A stretch of 32,955 bases of DNA, from positions 1-32,955 of the forward strand of contig CAZCRK010000014.1 of the NCBI GenBank assembly GCA_964501035.1, read 5' to 3'. Below are positions 1-9,885 of the stretch, one piece after another. The position numbers were made by a program, and so were the translations under genes. Position 1 is the stretch's first letter. The number at the start of each line of letters is the position of its first letter. The notes beneath the pieces were generated by a model. It ran no database searches, was not told where the DNA came from, and saw nothing but the letters and a program-made list of their open reading frames with translations.

Positions 1-29
1 CGGCCAGGTAAAAATATTCCTGGGCCCTA

Positions 30-1166
30 TCACTTTATAGCATTTATCAACTTTTCAGTTAACAATTCAGCATTCATTTCTGGTTGTAAATCATATGTTT
101 TTACTTTTGGTGAAGGGATCAATATTCTATGTTCATTTTTAAATTGTTTCTCATCTCCGCCATTTAAAAAATAAGTTACATGTGCATATTTCTCAGTTTC
201 GGCTGCACGTAATTGTTGATATCCATTTTTTTCAAGTATTTCAGGAAAAATATTGGTTAGTAACTCAGGTTTAAATAAAACTGGAAATGTGAACGATTCT
301 TGATATGTTGTCATACTAATATAATGGAAATTGGTGTGCTTAACTTTAAAACTGTCAAAATTCTCATCGGTAAATGCTTGAGAAATCTGTCTCATTCTAT
401 CTGCTCTGAAATTGAAAGCAATAACGCCATCGTTCTCTTCAATCATGTTTTTTTCACCAATGATGGTAGGAGGAATGAATTCATCCGTGATATCCTGTTG
501 ATAATATTTGCTAATTGCTTCAACCGCACAGTTTTCCTCTTTACCATCACCGAACAAATAACACTTATACCCCTGTTCTGTTCTGTCCCATCTTTTATCT
601 CTATCCATTGAATAAAATCTACCACAAATGGATGCAATTATACCCACACCAACTTCATCCAAATATGCTTGGAGCTCTTGAACATATTTTATTCCACTAG
701 TGGGAGGAGTATCTCTACCGTCTGAAATAACATGGACTGCTATATTGCTAATTCCCTTTAATTTTGCTTGGTAAATTAAATATTTTAGATGGTTGATATG
801 ACTATGCACACCAGCATCGCTAAGTAAACCCATAAAATGTAAGGTAGAATTGTGTTGTTTTACAGTTGAAAACAACTTGTTAAGTTCAATATTATCCTTG
901 AACTTGTTTGATGCTATTTCATCATTAATTTTAACTAAATCTTGTTTAACAATTCTTCCAGCTCCAATATTTGTATGCCCAACTTCTGAATTCCCCATTA
1001 CTCCCTCTGGTAATCCAACATACTTTCCCGAAGTTTCAATTGGAATCCATGGATATGTTTTGAATAGTTCATCAAGTGTTGGAGTATGTGCTAACTTAAT
1101 AGCATTTGATTCTGTTGCTTCTCGTAATCCAAAACCGTCTAAAATAATTAGTGCAAATCGCTTCAC
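30..1166 (-). pseudogene. gpmI: 2,3-bisphosphoglycerate-independent phosphoglycerate mutase, 3'-truncated (378 aa of about 510) at the window edge
   Basis: Motifs LIILDGFG, GLPEGVMGNSEVGHTNIGAGR, DGRDT, NFRADR, AETEKYAHVTYF and PSPKVKTYDLQPEM; GTG start with GGAG RBS. The ORF stops at ...NAIK-TGA before the expected NFANPDMVGHTG segment; this may be an assembly-edge artefact. Confidence 0.8.
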
Positions 1167-1229
1167 AAGTTCTCCATTAGCGTTAAAATTTATAAGCTAA
1201 TTTATAACAATTGGTTTGTTTCATATAAT

Positions 1230-1258
1230 AAAAAAGCCCAGCAAATGCCGGGCTTTTT
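1230..1258. terminator. Rho-independent terminator downstream of the 740-aa secreted protein gene
   Basis: AAAAAAGCCC-AGCAAATGCC-GGGCTTTTT: GC stem flanked by A and T tracts, about 20 nt after the stop at 1277. Confidence 0.85.
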
Positions 1259-1276
1259 ACCAATATTAAACTATGA

Positions 1277-3499
1277 TTAACGTAACAACACCATTCTATG
1301 AGTAAATACATCGGTGGATGATTGATATTTATAAATATATATACCTGATGAAACAGGGTTGCCATTATTATCATTACCATCCCACACCACAGAGTAGTTT
1401 CCTCTTGTAAAATATTTATTAGTCAAAGTTTTAACTTTTTGACCACGAATATCATACACAGTTAACTCAATATTATCGTTATTTAAAACATCAAATTTGA
1501 TTGTTGTTTCTGGATTAAATGGATTTGGGAAATTTTGAGATAAAGCATTTGCTTCTGGTAATGCAATTTCATCGTTATCCACAGTATCAGAAAAGTTTGA
1601 GTTTTCTTCACCCGGTGTACCAAAGTTTAAAATCACACCATCTTCATCATATAAAAGCCAGCTTTCCGCATTGGAAGAAGCCCAATTTGCCGGGTCACTG
1701 TTATCAGAATGAGGGTCTGCTAATTCAAGAGCATGCCCACGATTATCATTGCCTGTAGCCCAAGTTTCAGAATCATAACTAATTGCATCCACTTCATTTC
1801 CATCTGCATCAAACAATGCAATATCATCTGAAGACGTACTAAAACTTACATCCGCAAATACACTATTGGGGATATCTTCACCTGCATATAATTCATCACC
1901 ATTTTCATCAAAAAATGGATCTTCACCTGCAATAAGTAGGTATCCACCAGCTGATATAGTTCCTGATGCAATAATACCATCTTCATCATTAATTGACCAA
2001 CCTGAAACATCAACATCCTCGCTTCCACCATTATACAATTCAACATAGTCTGGTACCGATGTACCTAAAGCAGATCTGAAGAAAAATTCATTAATTACTA
2101 TATCATAGGTTGGTCCAACTGTAATTTCAGAAACTGAGGTTAAAATTTGACCGTAGGTTCCATCACCTGTTGAGAATGTAAGGTTGACATCATATTCCAT
2201 TTCTTCAGAAGCATCCCATACTTTTGCAACAATATCATTTCCTGAAACATAACCAGCTAACTGAGGTCCTGCAAATTCACACATATCAACTGAACCAACA
2301 GCTACCAATTCTAGTTGTGTACCTGACCATGTTCCTGCACCTACTAATACTTCACCGTTATATGATCCATCACAATCTTCATTTTGGGCGGTGATACCAT
2401 TTGCATCAAATAATCCAATTTCATCACCTACTTCAAGTACGGTTATACTTTCTTCAAAAATAATGAGTGACGATTCGCCGGTTTCAGCAATATCAACAAC
2501 AAAATGTGGTTCTTGAAAATATACTTCGGATACAGATGTTAGAATTGCACCATATGTTCCATCTCCCATGGAATAATCAAGAGTTACAGTATACTCCATT
2601 TGCTCAGATACATCCCACACTTTTGCTAATATGTTGTTTCCATCAACATAACCAGCAAGTTGAGAACCACCAAATTCACATAAATCAACAGAACCAATAG
2701 TAACCAAGTCTAATTGAGAGCCATCCCATACACCTGCACCCACTAGTACTTCACCATTATAGGACCCATCACAGGCGTCATTTGCTTCTGTAATACCATT
2801 TGCATCAAATAAGGCAATTTCATCTCCTGCTTCTAAAGTTGTAATTCCATCTTCAAAAATTATAAGTGATGATTCACCGGTATTTGGTAAATCCATTGTA
2901 TAATGTGCTTGACAACTTGTCCCGTCTCCACCACAAACACCACACTCATCTTCAATGTTTCCATCACAATCACAAGCACCATCTGCAATATATTCACAAT
3001 CACCGTCTGCACCATAGTTACATGCAGTGTCATCTTCACACGTAGTTGGTGTACTAATTACCAATGGAGTTCCTAAATCAACAACCAAAGCCTCTCCATT
3101 TGCATCCGAAATAGTGGCAGAAGAAAAGTAAATTTCGCCATCAGTTCCTGTAAAACTTGCATCAACAAATATTAAAGAATGGTCTCCTGCTGGTATTACT
3201 TCCCCACTCATTGAAAATCCTAAAACAAGACCTCCTTCATTTGTTGAAATCATATAGCCTGCATCTTCGGATGCACCACCAGATGCACCTGAAACTGCAA
3301 AATCTGCAAATGTAGAATCTGCAGTAGCATCTAAATCAAATTGAAATCCGCCTACATCCACTGTGTTTGACATAGTAACTTCAATTAATCCACCTGTATA
3401 ATTATCTACTTGTAAAAACACATCTTGTGCAATCACAACAGAAAACAACCCAAGTAATGACGCCACAAATACAGTTATTTTATTTTTAACAATAGACAT
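1277..3499 (-). CDS. Secreted multidomain protein: cohesin-like N-domain, Cys-rich linker, two tandem ~130-aa domains, lamin-tail domain, T9SS type A/FlgD-Ig-like C-terminal domain
   Basis: Signal peptide ending VIA-Q; IEVTMSNTVDVGGFQFDL...VLGFSMSGEVIPAG...ISDANG (cohesin-like); CDCDGNIEDECGVCGGDG; IVINEF...DYVELYNGG...GTPGEENS (LTD); QNFPNPFNPETTIKF...WDG...SSGIYIY (CTD); AGGAG RBS. Confidence 0.8.
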   Translation of the reverse strand: MSIVKNKITVFVASLLGLFSVVIAQDVFLQVDNYTGGLIEVTMSNTVDVGGFQFDLDATADSTFADFAVSGASGGASEDAGYMISTNEGGLVLGFSMSGEVIPAGDHSLIFVDASFTGTDGEIYFSSATISDANGEALVVDLGTPLVISTPTTCEDDTACNYGADGDCEYIADGACDCDGNIEDECGVCGGDGTSCQAHYTMDLPNTGESSLIIFEDGITTLEAGDEIALFDANGITEANDACDGSYNGEVLVGAGVWDGSQLDLVTIGSVDLCEFGGSQLAGYVDGNNILAKVWDVSEQMEYTVTLDYSMGDGTYGAILTSVSEVYFQEPHFVVDIAETGESSLIIFEESITVLEVGDEIGLFDANGITAQNEDCDGSYNGEVLVGAGTWSGTQLELVAVGSVDMCEFAGPQLAGYVSGNDIVAKVWDASEEMEYDVNLTFSTGDGTYGQILTSVSEITVGPTYDIVINEFFFRSALGTSVPDYVELYNGGSEDVDVSGWSINDEDGIIASGTISAGGYLLIAGEDPFFDENGDELYAGEDIPNSVFADVSFSTSSDDIALFDADGNEVDAISYDSETWATGNDNRGHALELADPHSDNSDPANWASSNAESWLLYDEDGVILNFGTPGEENSNFSDTVDNDEIALPEANALSQNFPNPFNPETTIKFDVLNNDNIELTVYDIRGQKVKTLTNKYFTRGNYSVVWDGNDNNGNPVSSGIYIYKYQSSTDVFTHRMVLLR
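2123..2905 (-). repeat. Intragenic tandem duplication of a ~130-aa domain (about 2522-2905 and 2123-2506)
   Basis: Both copies contain TGESSLIIFE...GDEI.LFDANGIT...CDGSYNGEVLVGAG.W...GSVD.CEF.G.QLAGYV.GN.I.AKVWD...GDGTYG.ILTSVSE. Confidence 0.95.
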
Positions 3500-3655
3500 C
3501 CCATTTCTCCTTTTAATTAAATAAAATTATCCACACAACAAAGGGCAAAACTAAGAAGTAACCCACCCCCATTCCAAATATAATATTCAGAAATTCTAAC
3601 ACAATAATTTAAATTGAATTTATAATACTATAATGTAACATGTTGTAAAATTACA

Positions 3656-4249
3656 TTACATTTTAAAAAATGGGAGAAATATGCGAAATAAAATTCCTGT
3701 TAATGGATCTTTTTCATCTGAAATATTCGAATCATGAACAATTAAATCTTCTGAATCTAATTTATTAAAATCATGCAAATAACCTAATTCATAACCCCAT
3801 GAATTATTTTTATAATACCCTAACAATATCCCAAACCGCAAGCTAGACCCATTCGCTAGACCTTTTGGAATGAGCATTCCTCTATAGCCTACATAAGTTA
3901 TGATATTTTTTCTTCTTTGATTTTTCTTGAAAGAGTAAAGAGTAAAATCAAATGACGGGTTCATTGAATAATTCCAACTTAAATTGACAAGAGAGTATTT
4001 GCTCTTACTTTGTTTTAGAATTCGACTAATGTCAAATCCGCTTCCATATAGTGGCAACCCGATATGAGTACCAATTGAAGTGAATTTTGTTACACCTTTT
4101 CTATAGGTAAACACAGGCACTATTGACTCACTCGAAAAAGTAATAAATTGAGAGCTCTCTCCCTTTTTGAGTGGAACTGGATTTATTGTAGGATGTCCGG
4201 AACAGGCGAAAAATCCAAGCACAAGCACAACAACTATACAATGTTTCAT
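3656..4249 (-). CDS. Hypothetical lipoprotein (probable start at 4249, MKHCIVVVLVLGFFACS)
   Basis: The ATG overlaps the SLC13 stop (TAATG); a hydrophobic stretch is followed by a lipobox-like FFAC. Confidence 0.65.
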   Translation of the reverse strand: MKHCIVVVLVLGFFACSGHPTINPVPLKKGESSQFITFSSESIVPVFTYRKGVTKFTSIGTHIGLPLYGSGFDISRILKQSKSKYSLVNLSWNYSMNPSFDFTLYSFKKNQRRKNIITYVGYRGMLIPKGLANGSSLRFGILLGYYKNNSWGYELGYLHDFNKLDSEDLIVHDSNISDEKDPLTGILFRIFLPFFKM

Positions 4250-6051
4250 TAAAAAGGCCAAAACTTTGGAATATAAATAGTAGCTATAATCCAAAATATA
4301 ATGGTGAGTGGAAATCCAGATAGAATAAAGTCCTTCATTCTATATTGTCCTGGACCAAATACCATTAAATTTGTTTGATAACCCATCGGAGTCATGAAAC
4401 TTGCAGATGCACCAAAGCAAATTGCCATCAAGAATGGTCTAGGGTCAACTCCTAATTGACTTGCTAAAATTATGCCAATTGGTGTCAGCATAACTGCAAC
4501 TGCAGCATTTGAAATAAATGCAGATAATACAAATGTAACAAAGTAAATAATAGATAAGAAAATCACAGGATTAGTATTTTCAATTCCTCCAATAAAATAC
4601 CCCAGAGACACAATCATGTCTCCTATAATTTTATCTGCCCCTGTATTTTGAATTGCTGTACCAATTGGAATTAATGCAGCAATGAGAAAAATAACCGACC
4701 AGTTTATGGAATCATACGCATCTTGAATAGACAAAGACCGTAACATAAGTAATAAAATTGCACCTAGGACAGCTCCTTTAACTATAGGTACAATTCCAAA
4801 TGAAGCCAATGCCATAACTACTGGAATAACTAAAATTGACAACCACCAATATCTTTCATATTTTAGGCAAATATCTAATTCTTCAAGTACAATAAAATTG
4901 GTTGATTTTCGAAGGGATTCTAATTTTTCTTTAGGTACCATAATCAGCAATGTATCCGAAAATTTTAAACTAATATGGGCTATTTTCTCACGCAATAATT
5001 CACGTTGACGTTTTATTGCTAACACAAAGGCTGAATATCTATTTCTAAAGTCAAATTCGCTAAGGGTTTTTCCAATCATATTGGATTGCATGGTTACTAA
5101 ACCTTCAACCAATACATGGTTTTTACCTGCTAATTCTTGTTGAGACATTTTAACATCTGAAAGAAGCAATAAGTTTAAATCATTCTTGAGACGCATAATA
5201 TCATTTACATTTATTTGAACTAAGAAAATATCATTTTCTTGAATAATAACAGACCTTAAATTGAATCGAAAATGTTCATCATTTCGAATAATTTTATACA
5301 CTTGTAAATTGTAATTTTCGCTGAGTTCCATTTCAACATAAGTTTTACCAATAATTGGTGAATCTGAACTTACTTTGAATTCAGTTAGATATGTCCCCAA
5401 ATGATATTTTTGAGTTAATGATGAAGTAATAGTCCTAGAGGGTAAGAAAAATCTTGCAATAAAAATATTATATAATGTTCCAATACCTAAAAACACTATT
5501 CCTAATTTTGTAAACTCAAACATTGAAAAAGGAGGTTGTCCAGATTTTTCAATTATAGCACTTACTACTAAATTTGTTGAAGTACCAATTAATGTAAGTG
5601 TACCTCCAAAAATAGCAGCATATGATAATGGAAGTAAAATCTTTGTAGGACTAATATGAAATTTATTTGCTAGGTTTATACCCAATGGAATGAAAATTGC
5701 AACAGATGCAGTATTGTTTATAAATCCGGAAATTACTGAAACAGTTGACAAGAATATGAAAATAGTTAACCATTTTCTAGAACCTGCCATGCGATACAAA
5801 AAATCAGCTAATACCTCTAAAAATCCCGTTTTTACAAGGGCTTTACTGATTATGAAAATCGCACCTATTGTAATGACAGCTTTGTTACTGAATCCGCTAA
5901 TAGCTTCTTCGGGAGTTAAAATATTGAAGAGTAAAAGCAAGCCAGTTATACCCATTGCAGTTACTTCTAGTGGAAGTACTTCAAGAGTGAAAAACACCAC
6001 AGCCATAACCATGATAGCAAGTAAAATCATTACATCAAAATTAAAGTCCAT
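4249..6051 (-). CDS. SLC13/DASS-family anion permease with two TrkA-C (RCK_C) domains
   Basis: SGFINNTA, GGTLTLIGTSTNL, SAFISNAA and SFMTPMGYQTNLMVFGPG motifs; central soluble region between two TM bundles. Confidence 0.9.
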   Translation of the reverse strand: MDFNFDVMILLAIMVMAVVFFTLEVLPLEVTAMGITGLLLLFNILTPEEAISGFSNKAVITIGAIFIISKALVKTGFLEVLADFLYRMAGSRKWLTIFIFLSTVSVISGFINNTASVAIFIPLGINLANKFHISPTKILLPLSYAAIFGGTLTLIGTSTNLVVSAIIEKSGQPPFSMFEFTKLGIVFLGIGTLYNIFIARFFLPSRTITSSLTQKYHLGTYLTEFKVSSDSPIIGKTYVEMELSENYNLQVYKIIRNDEHFRFNLRSVIIQENDIFLVQINVNDIMRLKNDLNLLLLSDVKMSQQELAGKNHVLVEGLVTMQSNMIGKTLSEFDFRNRYSAFVLAIKRQRELLREKIAHISLKFSDTLLIMVPKEKLESLRKSTNFIVLEELDICLKYERYWWLSILVIPVVMALASFGIVPIVKGAVLGAILLLMLRSLSIQDAYDSINWSVIFLIAALIPIGTAIQNTGADKIIGDMIVSLGYFIGGIENTNPVIFLSIIYFVTFVLSAFISNAAVAVMLTPIGIILASQLGVDPRPFLMAICFGASASFMTPMGYQTNLMVFGPGQYRMKDFILSGFPLTIIFWIIATIYIPKFWPF

Positions 6052-6530
6052 TAATATCCTTTTTCGGATTTAACAACATCCATAATTTGTAGTTTGTCAT
6101 CAGAGGAAATTACATCAATTTTATTATTAATACATAATTGTGCAAATATACCATTTCCATTTATCAGCGTTTTTGAAAATGAACCATCATAAATTTTTCC
6201 ATAACCACAGGTAGGACTGTTTGATTTTAAAATTGCTACATTGACATTATTTTCTTGAGCAATATTCAATGATTTTAATGCCCCCTGGATAAATTGTTCA
6301 GTGACATCCTCCCCTTTTACATTTATCACTTTATTTTCATTACGTAAAACCGATGTTGCACTTCCTTGTAATTCTGCGGGAGGTCTTGGTGTAGACAAAT
6401 CTCCTTGTTCCTCTGGACAAACAGGGATATAATGTTGACAATTTTCGAGGACTTCCAACTTTGAACTACCCCCATCAAATCTACATTTCTTTCCAATTAA
6501 ACAAGCACTTACTAATAATGGTCTTTGCAT
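6051..6530 (-). CDS. DUF523 / 2-thiouracil desulfurase-family protein
   Basis: LVSACLIGKKCRFDG, PVCPEE.G.L.TPRPPAE and ILKSNSPTCG motifs. Confidence 0.9.
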   Translation of the reverse strand: MQRPLLVSACLIGKKCRFDGGSSKLEVLENCQHYIPVCPEEQGDLSTPRPPAELQGSATSVLRNENKVINVKGEDVTEQFIQGALKSLNIAQENNVNVAILKSNSPTCGYGKIYDGSFSKTLINGNGIFAQLCINNKIDVISSDDKLQIMDVVKSEKGY

Positions 6531-6584
6531 GTGTAAATTTACTATGATGAATTACTTGAATAATAACAAAAGCTATGGAATCTA

Positions 6585-7001
6585 ATGAAAAATAAGATAT
6601 TATTTTTATGTACTGGAAACTCTTGTAGGTCACAAATGGCAGAAGGTTTAGCGAAAGAAATGGGATGGGATGCGTATAGTGCTGGTACTAAACCTGAAAA
6701 GAATGTAAATCCAAATGCTGTAGAAGTCATGAGCGAATTACGTATAGATATATCGTCAAATTATGCTAAAAATGTTGAAAAATATCTCAATGATTCTTTT
6801 CATATTGTTGCAACTGTATGTGATAATGCAAAGGAAATGTGTCCAATATTTTCAGGTAATACTGAAAAAAATATCCATTATAGTTTTAATGATCCAGCAG
6901 AGGCCATAGGCAGTAAGGAAAATATTTTACCTATTTACAGAAACGTAAGAGATGAAATTAAAACTTGGATAAAACAGCTAACTAAAGAAAATCTTGTATG
7001 A
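6585..7001 (+). CDS. arsC: Arsenate reductase, LMW-PTPase (thioredoxin-coupled) family
   Basis: P-loop ILFLCTGNSCRSQMAEG, downstream VCD...CP cysteine pair and DPA motif. Confidence 0.88.
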   Translation: MKNKILFLCTGNSCRSQMAEGLAKEMGWDAYSAGTKPEKNVNPNAVEVMSELRIDISSNYAKNVEKYLNDSFHIVATVCDNAKEMCPIFSGNTEKNIHYSFNDPAEAIGSKENILPIYRNVRDEIKTWIKQLTKENLV

Positions 7002-7687
7002 AAAAGACGATTCTAATAGTTGATGATGAAAAAGATATTTTGCAAATGTTAGAATATAACCTTTTAAAAGAAGGGTACAATGTTTTAACAGCATCAAATG
7101 GTATTGAAGCAATAGATAAGTTAATTGATAAACCCAATTTGATAATTTTAGATATTATGATGCCAAAAATGGATGGATTTGAAGTATGTAAACAAATTAG
7201 AGCAAATGATGATTTTAAGTATCTTCCAATTATTTTTTTAACGGCAAAAGATAGTGAGTTTGATGAGGTTTTAGGTCTCGAACTTGGCGCTGATGATTTC
7301 ATTCCAAAGCCAGCTAGTCCTCGAAAAGTTGTTGCTCGCATTCGTTCGTTGTTTAGAAGAATTTCTGAAAATAAAAAACAAACTAAAACATCATTTATTG
7401 ATTTAAATGGTTTAACAATTGATACAGAAAAATTTCTAGTTAAAATTCGGGGAGATTCAATTAAATTAACAAAGAAAGAATTTGATTTACTTTACATACT
7501 CGTTTCAAATCCAGATAAAGTTTATACTCGAGAAGCTTTGCTTGTGAATGTTTGGGGGGATGATGTATTTGTAACCGATAGAGTTATTGATGTTCATATT
7601 CGTAAACTACGCGAAAAAATGGGAGAGTTTTCAGAAATTATCCAAACTGTTCGTGGCCGTGGATACGTGTTTAGATTGGAATCATGA
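6998..7687 (+). CDS. phoB: OmpR/PhoB-family response regulator, likely phosphate regulon regulator
   Basis: Receiver domain (IVDDE, LDIMMP, LTAK, GADDFIPKP) plus winged helix (DRVIDVHIRKLREK, TVRGRGY); next to phoR-like kinase, Na/Pi symporter and phoU. Confidence 0.8.
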   Translation: MKKTILIVDDEKDILQMLEYNLLKEGYNVLTASNGIEAIDKLIDKPNLIILDIMMPKMDGFEVCKQIRANDDFKYLPIIFLTAKDSEFDEVLGLELGADDFIPKPASPRKVVARIRSLFRRISENKKQTKTSFIDLNGLTIDTEKFLVKIRGDSIKLTKKEFDLLYILVSNPDKVYTREALLVNVWGDDVFVTDRVIDVHIRKLREKMGEFSEIIQTVRGRGYVFRLES

Positions 7688-8697
7688 AACCAATACGAAA
7701 AGTAATTATTACAAACATGATTTTTCAATTTTTATTAATCTTTGCATTGATTAATATATATTCAATATCTGTTAGCAATACATCTGAAATTCTTTCACTT
7801 ATTCTCATCTCACATATTTCAATTGGAACTAGTTCATATTTCATTTACAGATATTTAAAACCAATCAATGAAGTTAAACATAGCTTGAAACAAATTAAGA
7901 ACAATAAATATTGCCAAATCTCAAATGACCAAGAAATCTGGGAAGATATAATACCACTTTTTAATGCATATATTCATCGTCTCCAAGTTGATACTCAAGA
8001 GGTTGAACGCTTAGAAAAAATGCGTAGCCAATTCATGGCAAATGTATCGCATGAAGTAAAAACCCCCCTGTTTGCAATTAAAGGTTTTGCAGAAACATTA
8101 TTAGATGGTGCTATTGATGACTCGAATGTAAACAAAGAATTTTTGACCAAAATTCTTAATCAATCTGCTAGGCTTGAAGATTTATTCTCCGATTTAATTG
8201 AAATTTCAAGAATTGAATCAGGCGATTTAACATTACAACTTGAATATTTTCAATGTAATGAAATACTAGATTGGGTTCAAGATACCTTTTGGAATAAATG
8301 TTTAGAAAAAGGCATTAAATTAAGTATTCCTTCAGTATCTGGAATTGAAATATTAGGTGATAAACACCATCTTAAAACTGTATTTTCTAACCTTTTAAAT
8401 AATGCAATAAACTATTCAAATAGTGGTACTATAAATCTTTTAATCAAACAGAAACATAAAACAGTTAATTTTCGAATCATTGATAATGGAATTGGTATTG
8501 ATATCGAACATCAAGATAGAGTTTTTGAGCGATTTTATAGAGTTGATAAAGCAAGGTCAAAATCAATAGGCAGTACCGGCTTAGGTTTAGCAATTGTAAA
8601 ACATATTTTGGAAGCCCATAATTCAGAAATTCACCTTGAAAGTTCACCAAATATTGGTTCAACATTTTCATTTTCACTTGCTGCAAATGTTAAATAA
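7684..8697 (+). CDS. phoR: PhoR-like sensor histidine kinase
   Basis: Two N-terminal TM segments; H-box FMANVSHEVKTPL, N-box NLLNNAINY, DNGIGI, FERFYRVDKARS and GTGLGLAIVKH-like G2 box; ATGA overlap with the regulator. Confidence 0.8.
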   Translation: MKPIRKVIITNMIFQFLLIFALINIYSISVSNTSEILSLILISHISIGTSSYFIYRYLKPINEVKHSLKQIKNNKYCQISNDQEIWEDIIPLFNAYIHRLQVDTQEVERLEKMRSQFMANVSHEVKTPLFAIKGFAETLLDGAIDDSNVNKEFLTKILNQSARLEDLFSDLIEISRIESGDLTLQLEYFQCNEILDWVQDTFWNKCLEKGIKLSIPSVSGIEILGDKHHLKTVFSNLLNNAINYSNSGTINLLIKQKHKTVNFRIIDNGIGIDIEHQDRVFERFYRVDKARSKSIGSTGLGLAIVKHILEAHNSEIHLESSPNIGSTFSFSLAANVK

Positions 8698-8738
8698 CTT
8701 AATCAAAAATTAATATTTCTAAAATACCAACTTAATAC
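8698..8738 (+). promoter_or_regulatory. Candidate Pho box: four 8-mers at 11-bp periodicity
   Basis: CTTAATCA-aaa-ATTAATAT-ttc-TAAAATAC-caa-CTTAATAC immediately upstream of the Na/Pi symporter gene. Confidence 0.6.
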
Positions 8739-8784
8739 AGAAATCCTAAATTGCTAGCTTTAAAAAAGGATTAATTTGGTTTAA

Positions 8785-9885
8785 ATGAAAAAAGAAATAT
8801 ATCTAACCATAACTAAAGTAGCTGGTGTAATTCTTTCTCTCTATATTTTCTTAGTAGGTATAAAGGGTATGTCTTCAGCAATTAAATATATGGGGGGTGA
8901 TTTTGCAAATACTGTTATGACTACAACAGCAAACCCCTTCGTTGCTTTATTTATTGGAATATTGGCAACCACATTGTTTCAGAGTTCATCGACCACTACT
9001 TCAATGATTGTTAGTATGGTAAGTGGTGGAGCCTTGACTTTAACCGGTGCAATACCAATGATAATGGGTGCAAATATTGGAACAACGGTTACAAATACTA
9101 TTGTTTCAATAGGTCATATTAACAGAGGAAATGAGTTTAAACGAGCTTTTTCTGCATCCACAGTACATGATTTTTTCAATGTACTAGCTGTACTAATTTT
9201 GTTTCCATTAGAGATTACATTTCATTTTATTGAACGATCTGCAACTGGATTAGGTGTTTTAATGTTTGGTAGTTTACAATCAGATGAAGTGTTTAAAAGT
9301 CCAATCAAAGCTGCTATTAAATGGGGTGCAAAGCAAATCGACTACATTACATTTGACAATGAAATTATTTATCTAATTATTAGTGTTTTAATTACGTTTG
9401 CAATGTTGTATTCAATTGTGAAATTGTTACGAAGTTTAGTTTTAGCTAAGATTGAAGTATTTTTTGACCAATACATTTTCAAAACTGCAATCAGAGGAAT
9501 GTTCTTTGGTGTAATTTTGACAATCATGGTACAAAGTTCTTCAATCACAACTTCACTGGTTGTACCACTTGCAGGGGCAGGGGTACTGAATTTACGCCAA
9601 ATATTTCCATATACTCTAGGAGCAAATATTGGAACAACTGTAACTGCCTTATTGGCTGCTCTTACATTAAACGTAACAGCTCTAGTTGCAGCTTTTAGTC
9701 ATCTCATATTTAATATTTTTGGGATCGTAATTATTTATCCAATACCATTTTTACGCAATATTCCACTTAATTTAGCTGAAAAGCTATCCGATTTATCTGT
9801 TAAAAATAAATTCATTCCATTGTTTTATTTATTTTTATTTTTCATTGTAATACCCATAACTTTCATTTACTTAGGAGGTAAATAA
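8785..9885 (+). CDS. Na+/phosphate symporter (SLC34/NptA-like)
   Basis: Two inverted repeats with QSSS and GANIGTT signatures. Confidence 0.92.
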   Translation: MKKEIYLTITKVAGVILSLYIFLVGIKGMSSAIKYMGGDFANTVMTTTANPFVALFIGILATTLFQSSSTTTSMIVSMVSGGALTLTGAIPMIMGANIGTTVTNTIVSIGHINRGNEFKRAFSASTVHDFFNVLAVLILFPLEITFHFIERSATGLGVLMFGSLQSDEVFKSPIKAAIKWGAKQIDYITFDNEIIYLIISVLITFAMLYSIVKLLRSLVLAKIEVFFDQYIFKTAIRGMFFGVILTIMVQSSSITTSLVVPLAGAGVLNLRQIFPYTLGANIGTTVTALLAALTLNVTALVAAFSHLIFNIFGIVIIYPIPFLRNIPLNLAEKLSDLSVKNKFIPLFYLFLFFIVIPITFIYLGGK

